From Chiloscyllium plagiosum (taxonomy: Eukaryota), in the NCBI RefSeq assembly GCF_004010195.1, contig NC_057711.1:77910560-77974559 (forward strand): 64,000 nucleotides of DNA, given 5' to 3'. Under the pieces are notes generated by a model. That model did no database searches. It was not told the origin of the DNA and saw nothing but the letters and a program-made list of their open reading frames with translations. The position numbers and the translations under genes were made by a program. Below are positions 12,345 through 26,374 of this stretch, in pieces (within the stretch, counting starts at the first letter, position 1; every line of letters starts with the position of its first letter).

Positions 12345-14318
12345 GTTGAAGGCTGGTAGGTGTAGGGAATGCTGGATGATTAGAGAAATTGAGGTTTTGG
12401 ACAAGAATAAGAAGGAAGCATACAGCAGCTATAGACAGCAGAAATTGAGTGGTGACCAAGAAGAGTATAAAAGCAGTAGGAGTATAGTTCAGAGGGAAAT
12501 CAGCAGGGCAAAGAAGGGACATCAGATAGCTTTGGCAATCCAGAAGGATTCTACAAATACATTAAGGACAAAAGGGTAACTGGGGAGAGAATAGGGCCCC
12601 TTAAAGATCAGCAAAGCCACTTATGTGTGGAACTGCAGGATATGGGGGAGATACGAAATGAGAAGTTTGCATCAATATTTACTGTAGAGAAGGATAGGGA
12701 ACGTAGAGAACGTGGGGAAATAAATAGCGACATCTTGAAAAAATCTATATTACAGAGGAGGTGGTGCTGTATGTCTTAAAATGCATAGAGGTGCATAAAT
12801 CTCTGGAATCTGATTAGGTGCACTCTGGAACTCTGTGGGAAGCTAGGGAAAAGATTGCTGGGCCCCTTGCTGAGATGCTTGTATCATCGATAGCCATAGA
12901 TGAGGTGCTAGAAGACTGGACGTTGGCTAATGAAATGTGGTGAGGAAAAAAACAGGGAGCTATTGACTGGTGAGCCTGACATCGGTGGTGGGCAAGTTGT
13001 TGGAGGAAATCCTGAGGGACAGGATTTATATAGATTTGGAAAGGCAAGGACAGATTAGAGATAGTCAACTTGGCTTTGTGCATAGGAAATCATGTCTCAC
13101 AAACTTGATTTGAGTTTTTTGAACAAGTAGCAAAGAGGATTGATGAGGTCAGAGCAGTGGACGTGATCTGTATGGACTTCAGTATTGCATTCAACAAGGT
13201 TCTTCATGGTAGACTGGATAGCAAGGTTAGATCACATGAAATAGAGGGAGATACAGATACAGATATTTGGATACAGAACTGGCTCGAAGATAGAAGATAG
13301 AGAATAGTGGGTGGAGGGTTGCTTTGCAGACTGGAAACCTCTGACTGCCACAAGGATCGGTGCTGGGTCTACAGCTTTTCATCATTTATATAAATGATTT
13401 GGATGTGAACATTGAAGGAAAAGTTAGTAAGTTTGCAAATGACACCAAAATTGTAAGTGTAGTGCCCAGCAAAAAAGGTTACCTGAGAGTAAAATGGGAT
13501 CTCGATCAGATGGGCCAATGGGCCAAGGAGTGACAGATGAAGTTTAATTTAGATAACTATGATGTGTTGCATTTTGGAAAGGTGTCTCAGGGCAGGGCTA
13601 ATACATTTAATAGTAAAGTCCTGAGGAATGCAGGTTCATAGTTCCTTGAAAGTGGTGTTGTACATAGATAGGATAGTGAAGGTGGTGCTCAGTATGCTTA
13701 CCTTTATTGGTCAGTGCATTGATATGGGAGAGGTCATGTTGCAGCTGTACAGGACATTGGTTAGGCCACTATTGGAATACTGCCTGCAATTCTAGTCTCC
13801 CTCCTATAGGAAGGATGTTGTGAAACTTGAAAGGGTTCAGAAAAGATTTACAAAGATCTTGCCAGGCCAGGAGGGCTTCTGCTATAGGGAGAGGCTGAAT
13901 AGACTGGGGCTGTTTTCCCTCGAGGATCAGAGGCTGAGGGGTGACCTTATAAAGGTTTATAAACTCATGAGGAGCATGGATGAGCTAAATAGACAAGGTC
14001 TTTTCCCTCGGGTGGAGGAGTCCAGAACTAGAGGTCATAGATTTAGGGTGAGAGGGGAAAGATATAAAATGAACCTAAGGGGCAACATTTTCATGCAAAG
14101 GATATTGCGTGTATGGAATGAGCTGCCAGAGCACGTGGTGCAGGCAGGTACAATTACAGCATTTAAAAGGTTTCTGGATGCGTATATGATCAGGAAGGCT
14201 TTAGACAGATATGGGCCAAATGGTGGCAAATAGGACTAGTTTAGTTTAGAATATCTAGTCAACATGAATGAATTGGACCGAAGGGTCTGCTTCTGTGCTG
14301 TATATCCCTATGACACTA
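12345..14318 (+). mobile_element. CR1/HER1 LINE, 5'-truncated (RT to 3' end)
   Basis: QLGF..RKSCLTNL, QGSVLG, KFANDTK and LERVQKRFTK...RGDLI (13820-14233), followed by the 3' tail. Confidence 0.9.
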
Positions 14319-15429
14319 AGTCATTGAATGATCTTGTACTATATGTGGCAACCTTTTATTGGACTTTGATGTTTTGTGAATTGTTACTTTCAGGGTTGCT
14401 CAGAATTTATAGCACAAAAGTTGTAAATCCTTCAATTGTGTTTATCCTGCAATTACTTTATAATTGGCAATTGACCATTTTATAAAGAAATTGTGTATTT
14501 TCATATGTTAATTTAAAACTACACATTAAATAATAATGCCTCAGTACTACAATAAAATCATATTCAAGAGGCTAGTAAGGAACAGTATTTGGACTTTGAA
14601 GTTGCCATAGTTCTTGTGCAAATTCCATCCTCCAACGTTGGCTTGTATTTATTTGATAACAATATCACAGAAAAGGACTTTAATTTCTTTTGAGAATCTT
14701 TCCACATTTTGAACAGTACACAAGAGTGAGTTACATCCTGTTAAATTGTTTGTTCTATGGTAAGTATTTCAGTCTTTTCTTCATTGTGGTATATGTAGAT
14801 CAAACCTTCAGATTAACTACTTTTATACATAAGCCTTCTGAAGGACAGTAATAGCATGGATATAAAGCTGACTGAATGATAGGACAAGGTCATGATTGGT
14901 TGTAGTTTGAACTTAAACAGTGCTGGAGAAACTCAAGTCTGTCAGCATCCGTGGAGAACCATAGAGTCAACATTTCAAGACTGGTGTGACTTACTTTGGA
15001 CTGGAAAGAAGTGTAGAGTGGGGCCCTGGGAGTTGGTACTCTGACTAGGGCCAGGTTTTCCTCGGGCCAGGTAAAACCTGGAAAAGGATGGCATTTGTAA
15101 ATAACTTATCCAGGCTGAGCAATTCTAAAGATCATTGAAATGTCATGGAATTTTATAGGAATGAGATGTTTCTGAATCTCTGCAAAAAAATCCACTATTG
15201 TTCCAACATTCGCTTCCATCTTTTGGTAATAGTTTACTTAATCTTGCACATTTTGAATCCAGAACTTGTTTTCTTGCCAGATCTTGCCTGTTGCTGTTGC
15301 TGATCAACTGTTTTGGAGAAGAACAGGAGTCATCAGCTAAGCAGCCGACTAGTCAAAGCCAGTCTGCTGACCAGATTGGCTGCTTTGGACATGGCTAAAA
15401 TAACAGCAGTAATTAGTTAAGCAATACAT

Positions 15430-16380
15430 GCTAGACTAGCTAACAGGAAACCAAATTGGGTCATTTCAAGGATAGCAAACTGTGAAAGAGATCTGTTCTG
15501 AGGCCTCACTATTTACAGTCTAAATTAATATTAAAATGTGTGTGAGTGGGCCGACAGTATTCTCGACAAGTTTGCTATTAAAATACTAATTTCAAGGATG
15601 GGGAAGAAAGCAGGTAGTCAGGAGGATACAAAGGGCTGTTAAACAAGTGGGCAAAAGTTTTGCATATTCAACATTATGTGAAGAAAATGAGGTTGTTAAA
15701 CTTGGTTGGAAGAATAAAAAAGGTTTTATTTAATTGGAGAGAGATGGCAGAATGTTCTGATACAGAGGGACTTGGGTGTGCAAATATAGCAAGAAATTGG
15801 ATGGAGAATAAAAGTGGGGAATTCTGAACTATTCAGGGCATTGGTAACATCACACTTGGAGTACTGTGTTCAGTTTTGGTCTCTATAATTCATGAGGAAC
15901 AGACTTGCTTTACATAAATTTAGACAAGATTCATTAGGCTGATTTTTGGAATAAGGGATTTCTCTTATATGTAAAGTTTCAGCAAGTTGAACTTGTACTT
16001 AGAGTTTAGAAGAATGCAAGATAATCTTTTTGGAATGTATAAGGTTTAAGAAGGCTTGATTAGATGGGTACTAAAATAATGCTTCCTTTATTGGAGGAAT
16101 CTATAGCTAGGGTGCATTATTTAAAAAGTAAGGAATTTCCTATGTAAGATGAATAAGAGAGAACTTTCCTGAAGGTTGTCTATGTTTTAAATTCTTTACT
16201 TAGAGAGCAGTATATATTGTGTAATTGAATATATCCAAGACTGCGTCACTGTTTTGATTCACTGGGAAGTTGAAAGTTCTGGGGGCTAGGCAGGAAAGAG
16301 GAATTAACAGCCACAAGCAGATCAACCATGGTCTTACTGAATTCTGGAGCTACTTTTCTGCCTATTTGTGGTCTTATTTC
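15430..16380 (+). mobile_element. Old degenerate CR1 LINE 3' fragment
   Basis: Remnants of the KFA.., HLEYCVQFW and RR..DL-type segments. Confidence 0.6.
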
Positions 16381-16448
16381 CCAAACTTTCCTTTCTTGCT
16401 TCCTCATGTTAGAGAGGCATTTGTTGGTGTCATTTGCAGATTTTGTGA

Positions 16449-17536
16449 TGTTACGACACGGCAGTGAACCCTTCTGTTAATTAAATCAAACACCCAGAAA
16501 AGCTCTCCTTGCCTTGTAATCTGTTAAAATATAAGTGGCGTCACAGTGGTTAGCACTGCTGCCTCGCTAGAGACCCGAGTTCAATTCCCACCTCAGACAA
16601 CTGTCTGTGTGGAGTTTGCACATTCTCCCCGTGTCTGCGTAGGTTTCCTCCGGGTGCTCCGGTTTCGTCCCACAGTCCAAAAATGTGCAGGTTAGGTGAA
16701 TTGGCCATGCTAAATTGTCCGTAGTGTTAGGTGAAGAGGTAAATGTAGGGAAATGGGTCTGGGTGGGTTGCTTTTCGGAGGGTCGGTGTGGACATGTTGG
16801 GCTGAAGTGCCTGTTTCCACACTGTAAGTAGTCTTAAAAAAAGTGACCAAGAACTCCCAAATTCCACTATTTAAGGAAAATAATATCAATTTATTCTTTA
16901 ACTCTAAAAGTGAGCATGAAACAACAACCCTTCACAACTCTAAGCCCCCTTTTGTCGTAACTGCCTATTATCTGCCTCCAACTCTATAACAATATACTGT
17001 ACCAATAAAACCTTAGTAAAATTACATCAACTTGATTTCAAAACCACACAGCAGCTGTTGTTATCGGTGTCTTTCTTCTTCTGGCTGAAGATCTATCTGG
17101 GTTGTCGTCTGTCTTTTTACTGTGAAGATGTTTCCCATGAAAAGGTACCTTTGGTAGAGTGTTTCAAATAGCAGTTGCTCTGTCGATGGCAGTTTCTCTC
17201 TTGATGGTAGTTACTCTGTCTGACTTTCAAAATGCCAGCCTTTTTTATATCTTCAACATCTGATCGTCTCATTGGTTCAATGTTGGCAAAACATTATAAT
17301 CAAAATTGATAGGGTTTTAGTAACCTGTGGCATAATTTAAACTGGTTGAATTTGAATTGTTGTCAAAACAGCAACCAACTTTGGCATCTATTTCTCACCC
17401 AAATGTTACAAGTTTTCAATTTCTAGTACACTCTGGGACTGCTAGTTAGTGATATGACAGGCACTTGTAAGCTCTCAGTGCAAAACAGCATTCATCTTCT
17501 CTTAAAGGTACAGTACATGCCTTCAACTTTATAACA
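16449..17536 (-). mobile_element. Solo LTR with a nested HE1 SINE
   Basis: TGTTA...TAACA inverted termini. 4-bp TSD GTGA at 16445-16448 and 17537-17540. Strand is tentative. Confidence 0.8.
16537..16835 (+). mobile_element. HE1-type SINE
   Basis: cagtggttagcactgctgcctc head, core and tail. Confidence 0.9.
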
Positions 17537-18863
17537 GTGATGACAGAGAATTTTGACAGCTGATACCTTAAAATCGAAACAGGGTAAAACAACGTAAGAT
17601 AAATCAGGAACAAGCAACAATATCAAAAATGGTGGTGGAAACAACATTATCTAAAATGCTGTATGTATATAGTATAGATTCAGTTGCTCCAATTTTGCGT
17701 GAGAATAACTAAATTTCTTCAATTTGCACAAGATATCAAGTTTAATTTTGTGAAAGATTCAGAGGTGGTCTTACTATGGGTATATGACAATTTGCTCAAT
17801 TTTCAGGTAATACACGACTTGGAATATTGTGAACTGAGGGAAACATTCCAATTTACTTCAAGAAAACATTGGCAGGCTGGTGAATAGGTGTATATATGGC
17901 AGATAAAGATTAGTTTAGAGAAATGTGAAATGATGCCTTTTAGTAGAAAGAGCAAGGAAAGGCAATACAAGCTAAACTATAAAATTCTGAAGGGGTTGGG
18001 GAACCTAGGTGAATATGTATGAGTCAGTGAAAGTGGCAGTACAAATTGAGATAGTGCAAAAGAAGATCAAAGGCTTTGAGATTTATGAATAGGGGCTTAG
18101 GCTACTTTGGCAATAATGTCATTACATTATTATTCTGCCAAGTTTGCAACATCTGCAGTCATGACTGTTCATTTTTCATAGTCTTTAATCAAGATCAGTA
18201 TCTTTGTAATATTCTCAAACTTTCTATTTCTTAAGCTATTGGTGCATCTCCTCTGTGTCTTCATTTTGCACTATTACTACCAAATGTTCTAGTTTCTTTT
18301 TCCTAAGATGGAGAATTATAGTTGTCTGTTGATAATACTGTTCACAAATTTCTTGTGTGTCTGTTTTCCTCAAAATGCAATTATTAATTGCATGTGTTGT
18401 CCAACTAATCTTCATTTACAGGCTAAATTTTATACTTTCCCTTTGGGTGTGTTTGTGTGTAATGTTGGACAAATGCACAGCTCGCCCATCTTTCCACCCA
18501 GCCCTGAGCTCACTGCCATAATATAGGGGTGAGGGTTGCTAGTGTCTAAGTAAATGATTGAGGGACTCCTGATTTTTTTTTCATCAAGCTCCGTTCACCC
18601 TAATATTACTCAGGCCATACATAATATGGTTGGTGTAGTCACCTGGGTAGGAGTTGGCAGACTATTGTTTTTGTTTTAAACCCTTTTCTCACAATCATGG
18701 ATTTTGAAGTCCACCTCTGCATTCTCTCACTCCCTACCCGAAAGTTCTCAAACCCTGTACATCGAATGCCTCTTGGGTTTGTGAACCATTGGGCTGACGT
18801 CAACTACAACCAAGCTCATGGTCACTTTTGCCGTGAGATCTTCTTAGACGACCTAAATAAGAA

Positions 18864-19528
18864 GAGTCAAAGTGTAGCACTGGAAAAGCGCAGTAGGTCA
18901 GGCAGCATTTGAGGAGCAGGCGTGTCGATGTTTCGGTATAAGCCCTTCGTGGATGTGCACAACCTACTGTGTCCATTGATTTCGATGTGGTCTCCTCCAC
19001 ATCTGGAACACAAGACAGCAACTCGCAGAGTGTTTCAGGGAACATCTCTGGGACACAACTACCAAAAAACCCCACTGCCCTATGGCCGACCACTTCAACT
19101 TCCCCTCCCACTCCCCCAAAGGCATGCAAGTCTTAGGCCTCCTCCACTGCCAAATCCAAGCCACCCAACAACTGGAGGAAGAATGCCTCATCCTCTGCTG
19201 TGGGACCCTTCAACCACACAGCATCAACATTGACTTTACCCATTTCTAAATCTCCCCCTCCGCTCTCCTCTACCTCATCCCGGATCCAACCCTCCAAGTT
19301 GGCCCTGCTCTTCTGACTTGTCCTACCTGTTCATCTTCCTTCCCACCTTCCTACCTATCTGCTCCAATATCCCCACCAACCTATCACTATTAATCCCAGC
19401 TGGATCCACCTATCGCCTTCCCAGCTACCATCCCCACAGCCCAACCCCCCTATTTATCTCTCAGCCCTCTAACCCCTCCACATTCCTGATGAAGGACTTA
19501 TGTCAGCAAAGCAGTCCTCACTTTCTCC
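18864..19528 (+). mobile_element. Penelope-like element fragment (GIY-YIG C-terminus and pLTR) with an inverted pLTR piece at its 5' end
   Basis: IRCGLLHI..T, HFNFPSHS...LGTLQPHSIN on plus. 18864-18947 is an inverted pLTR. Imperfect TSD ct(a/t)aataagaa. Confidence 0.85.
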
Positions 19529-20563
19529 TAGTTCTTAATAAGAAAATGATTTGATTTTGTTTTATTTCTTTTGACTCCACTGTTGTTTTCCACCTTGTAA
19601 TTGTTTTCCTTGATATTTTCATGCACTCTGTTTGAAGATTCTTTGTAGATTTTTCTGTATATGTTATAATTACTGTGTCATTCACATGTCTTACATTATC
19701 TATATCTGTGCACCTACTTAAATTCTTGGTAAATGTCTTAAAGTAATTTCAATGTGAAAATTGAAAAGAATCTTGTCCCTCTCCTACTTAATACCAGAAT
19801 AAAGATATCACAAAATATAATTGCATCCATAAATTGATAGAAAAGGAATATAATGTAGTCAAAGAAAAATGAATAATTGGAACCACGTGAAGACATTGAG
19901 TGCTAGAGTTGAATGACATAGAACAACGGTAAAGAAGCTTTCGGTTCAAAGCTACTTTCATGAAAGCACTGTATCAATGCAATGGCACAGTAAATACTGA
20001 ATAAAAAGTGATATCCTGAGTTGATGGACTGCACACAGAACACTATTCTCTGGTAAAAGAGGGAAAAATCTTCCCACTGCAAAGATGATAGAACATCCAC
20101 CAATTGGGAAACAAAGTATTAGTATGAAGCCTTAAGTTATTTTTAAAAAGATGAGAGAGGAGATAACATTCATGGAATGATATTGGAATTACAAAAGAGT
20201 TTGGCCATAACATTATTCTACTTTAAATATTGGTGGAAGGTTTTATGGAGCTCAAAGTGGGAAATGTGAATGAACTTACTTATTTTGGTGTAATAAAAAA
20301 TTTTGACACGCTAATGATGTGATGCAGAACTAATGTCAGCGATATGTTTTTTGGCATGTTCAGCCTCAAGCAGTCCTATGGTGGGTTCATGCTTGTCATA
20401 TCTTTACATGTCATGAATACACATTCATAAAGATTTATATAATTATGTCCTACCTTCAAGGTAAAGACAATGAAGTGTGAGAATCCCTTGGTTGCCATTG
20501 CCCTCCTTCACCTGTGAGCTGGGTTAAATACAGCCTCTTTCAACAGGAACTATGATGGCTGAG

Positions 20564-20785
20564 GGAGAAAGTGAGGACTGCAGATACTGGAGATTAGAGC
20601 TGAAAATGTGTTGCTGGAAAAGCACAGCAGGTCAGGCAGCATCCAAGGAGCAGGAGAATCGACGTTTCGGGCATGAGCCTGTTTCCTGAGCTTCATTCCT
20701 GAAGAAGGGCTCATGCCTGAAACGTTGATTCTCCTGCTCCTTGGATGCTGCCTGACCTGCTATGCTTTTCCAGCAACACATTTTC
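20564..20785. mobile_element. Palindromic non-autonomous PLE derivative (family A) with a hammerhead motif
   Basis: Inverted arms 20601-20679 and 20708-20786. Perfect 16-bp TSD aactatgatggctgag at 20548-20563 and 20786-20801. Confidence 0.9.
20695..20730 (+). ncRNA. Minimal type I hammerhead ribozyme motif (GUU triplet)
   Basis: attc CTGAAGA A GGGC-TCAT-GCCT GAAAC GTT gatt. Confidence 0.6.
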
Positions 20786-21140
20786 AACTATGATGGCTGA
20801 GCCCACTAAATGCAGTAGAGGCTCCATTATCAGTCTCCAGTGGTGGCAAAGCTTCTCCTGATTTAAGGCTATTTCAAAAGCCACTAGTCAACCTAAAGCA
20901 CCAGGTGGAACCTTTTATTGTACTATAATGTTAGATATTTCAATTCTTTTCCCTTTGTGATATATTTGATCTAATAGCATCATAGTGCAGACTCTGCAGT
21001 AAAAATGTGCGGACTATATTTCTTTTCAGTATTCCTAAGCAAATGCAAAGGAATTCATGGTAAGTTGTATTTAATACATTAAAAAAATCTTCATAGTCTT
21101 AGGACTTGGACACAATAATAACTTGCATTTTATTTTCCAG

Positions 21141-21399
21141 GCATTTACTGAAGCTGCTGGCCAATCCAGTGATGTTTTTCAGAAAGACCAGGCACCTTTT
21201 AAAGTAAAGAATTGCCTTGGACTTGATGCGTCAGTTTATCCCAGTGATTCATTTATCATCATTGGCAAACATCAAAAAATACCTTATGAACTTAAAGATG
21301 GAGAATTTCTCAGCATGGACTACCAACGAACAAATAACGAAAAGGAGCGGCTGTCAAACTTGACTAATACAAGCAGCAAATTGTTTTATATTTCATTGA
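21141..21399 (+). CDS. VPS13A: VPS13A coding exon (phase 0-1): AFTEAAGQSSDVFQKDQAPFKVKNCLGL...SSKLFYISL
   Basis: tattttccag / gtaagt, 259 nt. Matches VPS13A AFTEAATGSSADFVKDLAPF...SSKLFFILL. Confidence 0.95.
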
Positions 21400-21719
21400 G
21401 TAAGTATATTCCTTTCCTATTTAAAAAAAACAGTAAGAGATTAAATACTAGTTTGTTATTTCTTCAGTTGAGAACTGAGTATCTTTGCCATCTGGTTGGC
21501 TTTAATTCAATATTATTATCTTGTAAGTGTTGAGACCATTTGTTATCCCTATAACCTAGATCGTACATTTACTAATACTACACTGCAGTTGAAAAAATAT
21601 AGTACCTTGAAATGATGACTTTCCACTGTATTCTCCAATTTGCTGATCATGTAAATGGATACCTGATTATAATCAGACATGTAATTATCTACTAAGAGGC
21701 ATAGTAGCTGAGTGGTAGG

Positions 21720-22050
21720 ACAGCATGGTAGCTCAGTGGTTAACATTACAGTCTCATAGCACCAGGGACCTGGTTTCAATTCCACCCTCAGTCTGTGTGG
21801 AGTTTGCATGTCCACCTCGTGTCTGCATGGACTTCCTCTGGATGCTCCAGTTTCTTCCCTCAGTCCAAAGATGTACAGACCAGGTGGACTGGCCACGCTA
21901 AAGTACTCATAGCGTGCAGGGATGTGCAGGCTAGATGGATTAGCCAAGGGAAGTGCAGAGTTACAGGATAAGGTAGGAATGTTGGTCTGGGTGGGATGCT
22001 GTTCGGAAGGTCAGTGTGGACTTGATAGGCTGAATGGCTAGCTTTCAAAG
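21720..22050 (+). mobile_element. HE1-type SINE (diverged)
   Basis: tggtagctcagtggtt head, core and tail. Confidence 0.85.
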
Positions 22051-24169
22051 TGGTGTAAAAGAAAACTGATTGATCTGTAGAACATGATCTAAACCTAATT
22101 TAGGGCACTAACAATAAATCGTGGCAATTAATGATTCCAAATATTTCATAAAGTGAAAAACAAAATAAAAGAGGAAAACAGTGGACAATTGATGTGGATT
22201 GAGATTTTTAAAGGTCTGAATTGAGAGAGTTAAGTAAATCACTTTGTGATGAGTTTCCAAAGAACAAGGGGATAATAACTGAAAGGTCAACCTGTAATGA
22301 TGCAGCAAGTAATAATTAATAGTCTTAAGTGCAAGGGAAGGGGATTGATCAGAAAAGCGATCATACATTAAAAATTTAGCTAAACATACTGAATAAAATG
22401 GTTTGTATAATCTGGCCTGTTACTTTGTATTTTCTAAGTTATTGAATTCTGATCTAGTAATATGTAAGTTGGTAAACATTTGAGAAAACGAATGAGACAA
22501 TTATTGGCAAAATCTCAGATTTGTTACCTCTTATAATTTTCAACTTGCAATAAATCTATAAAATTACTATTAACCATGCCTGGACATCTTGTCAGAAAAA
22601 AAAAACTCTTATGCAGATGAATTTCAACACTCCTTGCATTTTGAATTCTCCTTATGATATTAACTCCCGATGTTACTGGAAACGAAATTGAGAAGTCAGC
22701 AACCAGTCCATATGCTGGTTTGTACATTGTTTCTTCAGCTATTTTTGTGTATGTTGTGCAGCTGCCACCCACCATCTTTTGCTGAAACCTCCTATTTTCA
22801 CCACTATGCTCCTGCTCTGTAGTGCCCAGTGCCTGCTCCCTCCAAGATCCCTCATTCCTACCCTCCATTTTACTGCTTCCCAATGCCAGCCGTCCATTTG
22901 TCCTCTCCCTGTCTTCTCCCCTTTGAATGTTCCACCATATTAAAATGGTAGTGAAGCAGTAAAAGGAGCAGTGGAAATGGTAAGGGATGTTTGTAATGAG
23001 GGAAAGAGGAACTGGTAAAGAGAATGGAGAGGGAGTGTGCTAGAACAATTGCCTTTTTTTTAGGTCATTGTTTGATCTGTGCACTTTTTAATGCAGTCAG
23101 CTTCCTTGACTGGGGTTTTCGGTGACATCACAGTCACTGACTTGTATAGGGAGTGCACCTCTACAATTGCAGTCTTGGAAAGCACAGCCTGAATAGAATA
23201 AATGTGGAGATGTTTCCACTAGTGGGAGAGTTAAGGACTTGAGGGCACAGCCTCATTGAAGGGAAGACCCCATATAACTAAGAGGAGAAGGAATTTCTTC
23301 AGCTGAGAGTGATGAATGATTGCCACAAAGCTGTGGAGGCCAAGTCACTGAGTTGTACCTAAGACAGATATAGACTGAGATTGCATGGATAAGGCAGGAA
23401 AATTGGGTAGAGAAACATATCAGCCATAATCAAATTGTAAAGCAGACTCAATGCATCAAATAGCCTAATTTTGCTCCTATATCTTATGGTCTTTCATTAA
23501 GGATTTTGTCATTTGCAAGAAGCAATTCTTTGATTGTTGCATTATTTAATATTCTGGGATGATCAAGCCTTTCACAAGAACATCGTGGAATCATAGGGGA
23601 GGATTTGCTGCTCTATTCTGTTTTATGCAATTCATATGATAACAACCAAACAAGCAGATGGAGAAGCTTCAATTGTGAATTACATCAAACAGCAGATCGA
23701 TTTCATGATCTGTTATACTACTTGGAGAAAGCGTTATATTGGAAGCTGGCCTTGCTTCAAGATACTGCTAGATTTGTGCTCATGTGCTTTCTGTTTTTAC
23801 TCCCTTAACCCAATCTGTCGATCAAGGAGACATTGAGTTCAGCTTTTTTAAAGACACAGGAAATTAAACCTTTATAAAAGCTTTAAAATAGTTTTAATTG
23901 ATTAAGAAACTGACAAATATATATCATTTAGTGCATGTCCAGGATAGTTTTTGTAAAAGTTACTTTCAGTTTTTAAAATTTGTTGTGCACAAGTGAGGCA
24001 CAAACTAAAAAAAAGTTTGTTATTTTCAGCTGTATTTTTAAATCAATGCCAGTTACTCCTCATTACTAAAAATGCATGTATATTGGAAGATAGCCTAAAG
24101 GTGAAATCCACATTTAGAACCTGAGGTTGGGGCCAAGCACACGCTTTCTACCCAGGGTGAAGACACTCC

Positions 24170-24382
24170 TGAAACAAACACAGCTAATGCTGGAGAAACT
24201 CAGCAGATCTGGCAGTATCTGTGGGGAGAATAAGTTAACATTTCACGTTTGGGTTCTGAACAAGTGTCACACCAAACTGAAGTTTAATTTTATTTCTCTC
24301 CACAGATACAACCAGACCTGCTGAGTTTGTCCAGCCTTGTGTGTTTGTTTCAGACTTCTAGCATTCACAGTACTTTGCTTTT
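24170..24382. mobile_element. Palindromic PLE-derived short element, family B
   Basis: Arms aaacaaacac...ctggagaaactcagcagatctgg...atctgtggggagaa / ttctctccacagat...ccagacctgctgagtttgtccag...gtgtttgttt. Confidence 0.7.
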
Positions 24383-24399
24383 ACCCAAGGACAATCATG

Positions 24400-25477
24400 A
24401 GTTTTGCAGAGGATTCAGATGAATTTTCTAGATTTCTCTAAATTCAGGGAAGGTTCCATTAGTTGGGAGATGTCAAATTTCATTCCTTTATTCAATAAAA
24501 GGAAGGAGACAGAAAGAAGGAAGTACAGACCAGTTAGTTTAATATCTGTAATAGGGAAAATGCGAGAAGCTACTATTAAAGATTTTTATAACAGGGTACT
24601 AAGAAGAATTCTGGTAGTCAGGCAATGCCAACATAATGTTGTGAAATTATATTTGACCAACATTGGAGCTCTAGTAAGTAACACATGATATGGATAAAGG
24701 GAAACCAGTAGATTTCGTGAACTTGGATTTTGTGAAGCATTTGATAAAGTGCCACATCAAAGGTATTGCAAAAATTAAACAGTTATATTATAGAAAGAAG
24801 CATCTTTGCATGGATAGAAGATTGGCTGGCTGACAGGAAAGACAACGTAGGCGTAAGTGGGTATTTTTTCAGGTTAGCGATTATGTAATGTGGTGTGCCA
24901 TAGGGATCAGCTTTGTGAATTCAGCTGTTTACAATTTACATAAATTAATTTGAATGGATTAAAGATATAGTTGCCAAATTTAATGACGATCAAAAAGATT
25001 GGTAGGAAAGTTGTAATGAGGACATAGAGGCCACGAGAAGCTATTTACTGGTTAAGTAAGTTGGCAAAAATCTGGCAAATGGAGTATAACACAGAAAATT
25101 TTTTCTTCCATTTTTGACAGGAAGAATGAAAAAAAATTGTCTAAATGCTGTGAGATTGCAGAAGTCTGAGGTGCTGCACGATCACCCATTGAGTTGGACG
25201 ATCAGCTGTGATTATGATGAATGGAGGAGCAAACTCGAAGGGCCATTAAATGGCTGCTTTCTGCTCCTATCTTCTACGTTTCTAAGAATCTGTGTTTCCT
25301 GCTGTATGAATCACACAAGGCTAGCAGTGCAATTACAGCAAGTAATTAGGAAAGCTGATAGAAAGTTTCCATTTATTGGGAGGGAAATTGAATATAAAAA
25401 TAGGTTATGCCTCTGTTATACAGGACACTAATGAGATCGCATTTGGTGCACTGCACAAAGAATTGGTTGCTTCTTTT
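24400..25477 (+). mobile_element. Old CR1 LINE RT fragment
   Basis: PLFNK...YRPVSLISVIGK, LDF..AFDKVPH, GVP.GS. Confidence 0.75.
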
Positions 25478-26338
25478 TAATTCACTTATAGGAAATAGGC
25501 ATTGTGGGCCGGCCACCATTTATTGTCCATCCCTTGTTGCCCTTGTGAAGATAGCGCTGAGTTGCCTGCTTGAACTGCTGCTGCAGTCCATCTGCAGTAG
25601 GTTGGCACACGATTCCCTTAGGGAAGGAACTCCAACATTTTGACCCAGTGAGAGTGTAGGAATGGTGATATTTTTCCAACTCCGGATGGTGAGTGGCTTG
25701 AAGGGGAGCTTGCAGGTGGTGGTGTTCCCATGTATCTGTTGCTCTTGACCTCCTAGATGGAAGTGATCATGAGTTTGGAAGGTGCTGTCGAATTTCTGCA
25801 GTGTATCTTGTAGATAGCACACACTTCTGCTGCTGAGCATCGGTGGTAAAGGGAATGGATGTTTGTGCATGTGGCGCCAGTCAAGCAATCTGCTTTGTCC
25901 TGATTGATGTCCAGCTTCTTGAGTGTTGGTTGGAGTTGCACCCATCCAGGCAAGTGGGGAGTATTCCATTACACTCCTGACTTTTACCTTGTAGATGGTG
26001 GTCATGCTTTGGGGAGTCAAAATATGAGTTCATTGCCACAGGATTCCTGATCATTGACCTGCTGTTGTAGCCACTGTGTGCATATGGTGAGTCTAGTTGA
26101 GTTTCTGGTCATTGGTAACCCCCAGGATGTTGCTAGTGGGATTTCAGGATTGGTAGCACCAATGAATGCCAAAGGGCGGTGGTTAGACTGTCTTTTATTG
26201 GAGTTGGTGATCACCTGGCATTTGTATGCTGTGAATGTTACTTAGGAGAAAGTGAGGACTGCAGATGCTGGAGATCAGAGCTTAAAAATGTGTTGCTGGA
26301 AAAGCGCAGCAGGTCAGGCAGCATCCAAGGAGAAGGAG

Positions 26339-26374
26339 AATCGACGTTTCGGGCATAAGCCCTTCTTCAGGAAT
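26339..26374 (-). ncRNA. Minimal type I hammerhead ribozyme motif in the PLE pLTR (intact core)
   Basis: Minus strand: attc CTGAAGA A GGGC-TTAT-GCCC GAAAC GTC gatt. Confidence 0.7.

Noticed and set aside
15328..15392. Imperfect hairpin (aagcagccgactagtca / tgaccagattggctgctt) as a pre-miRNA
   Set aside because: Several mismatches, no recognisable mature miRNA, and no other support.
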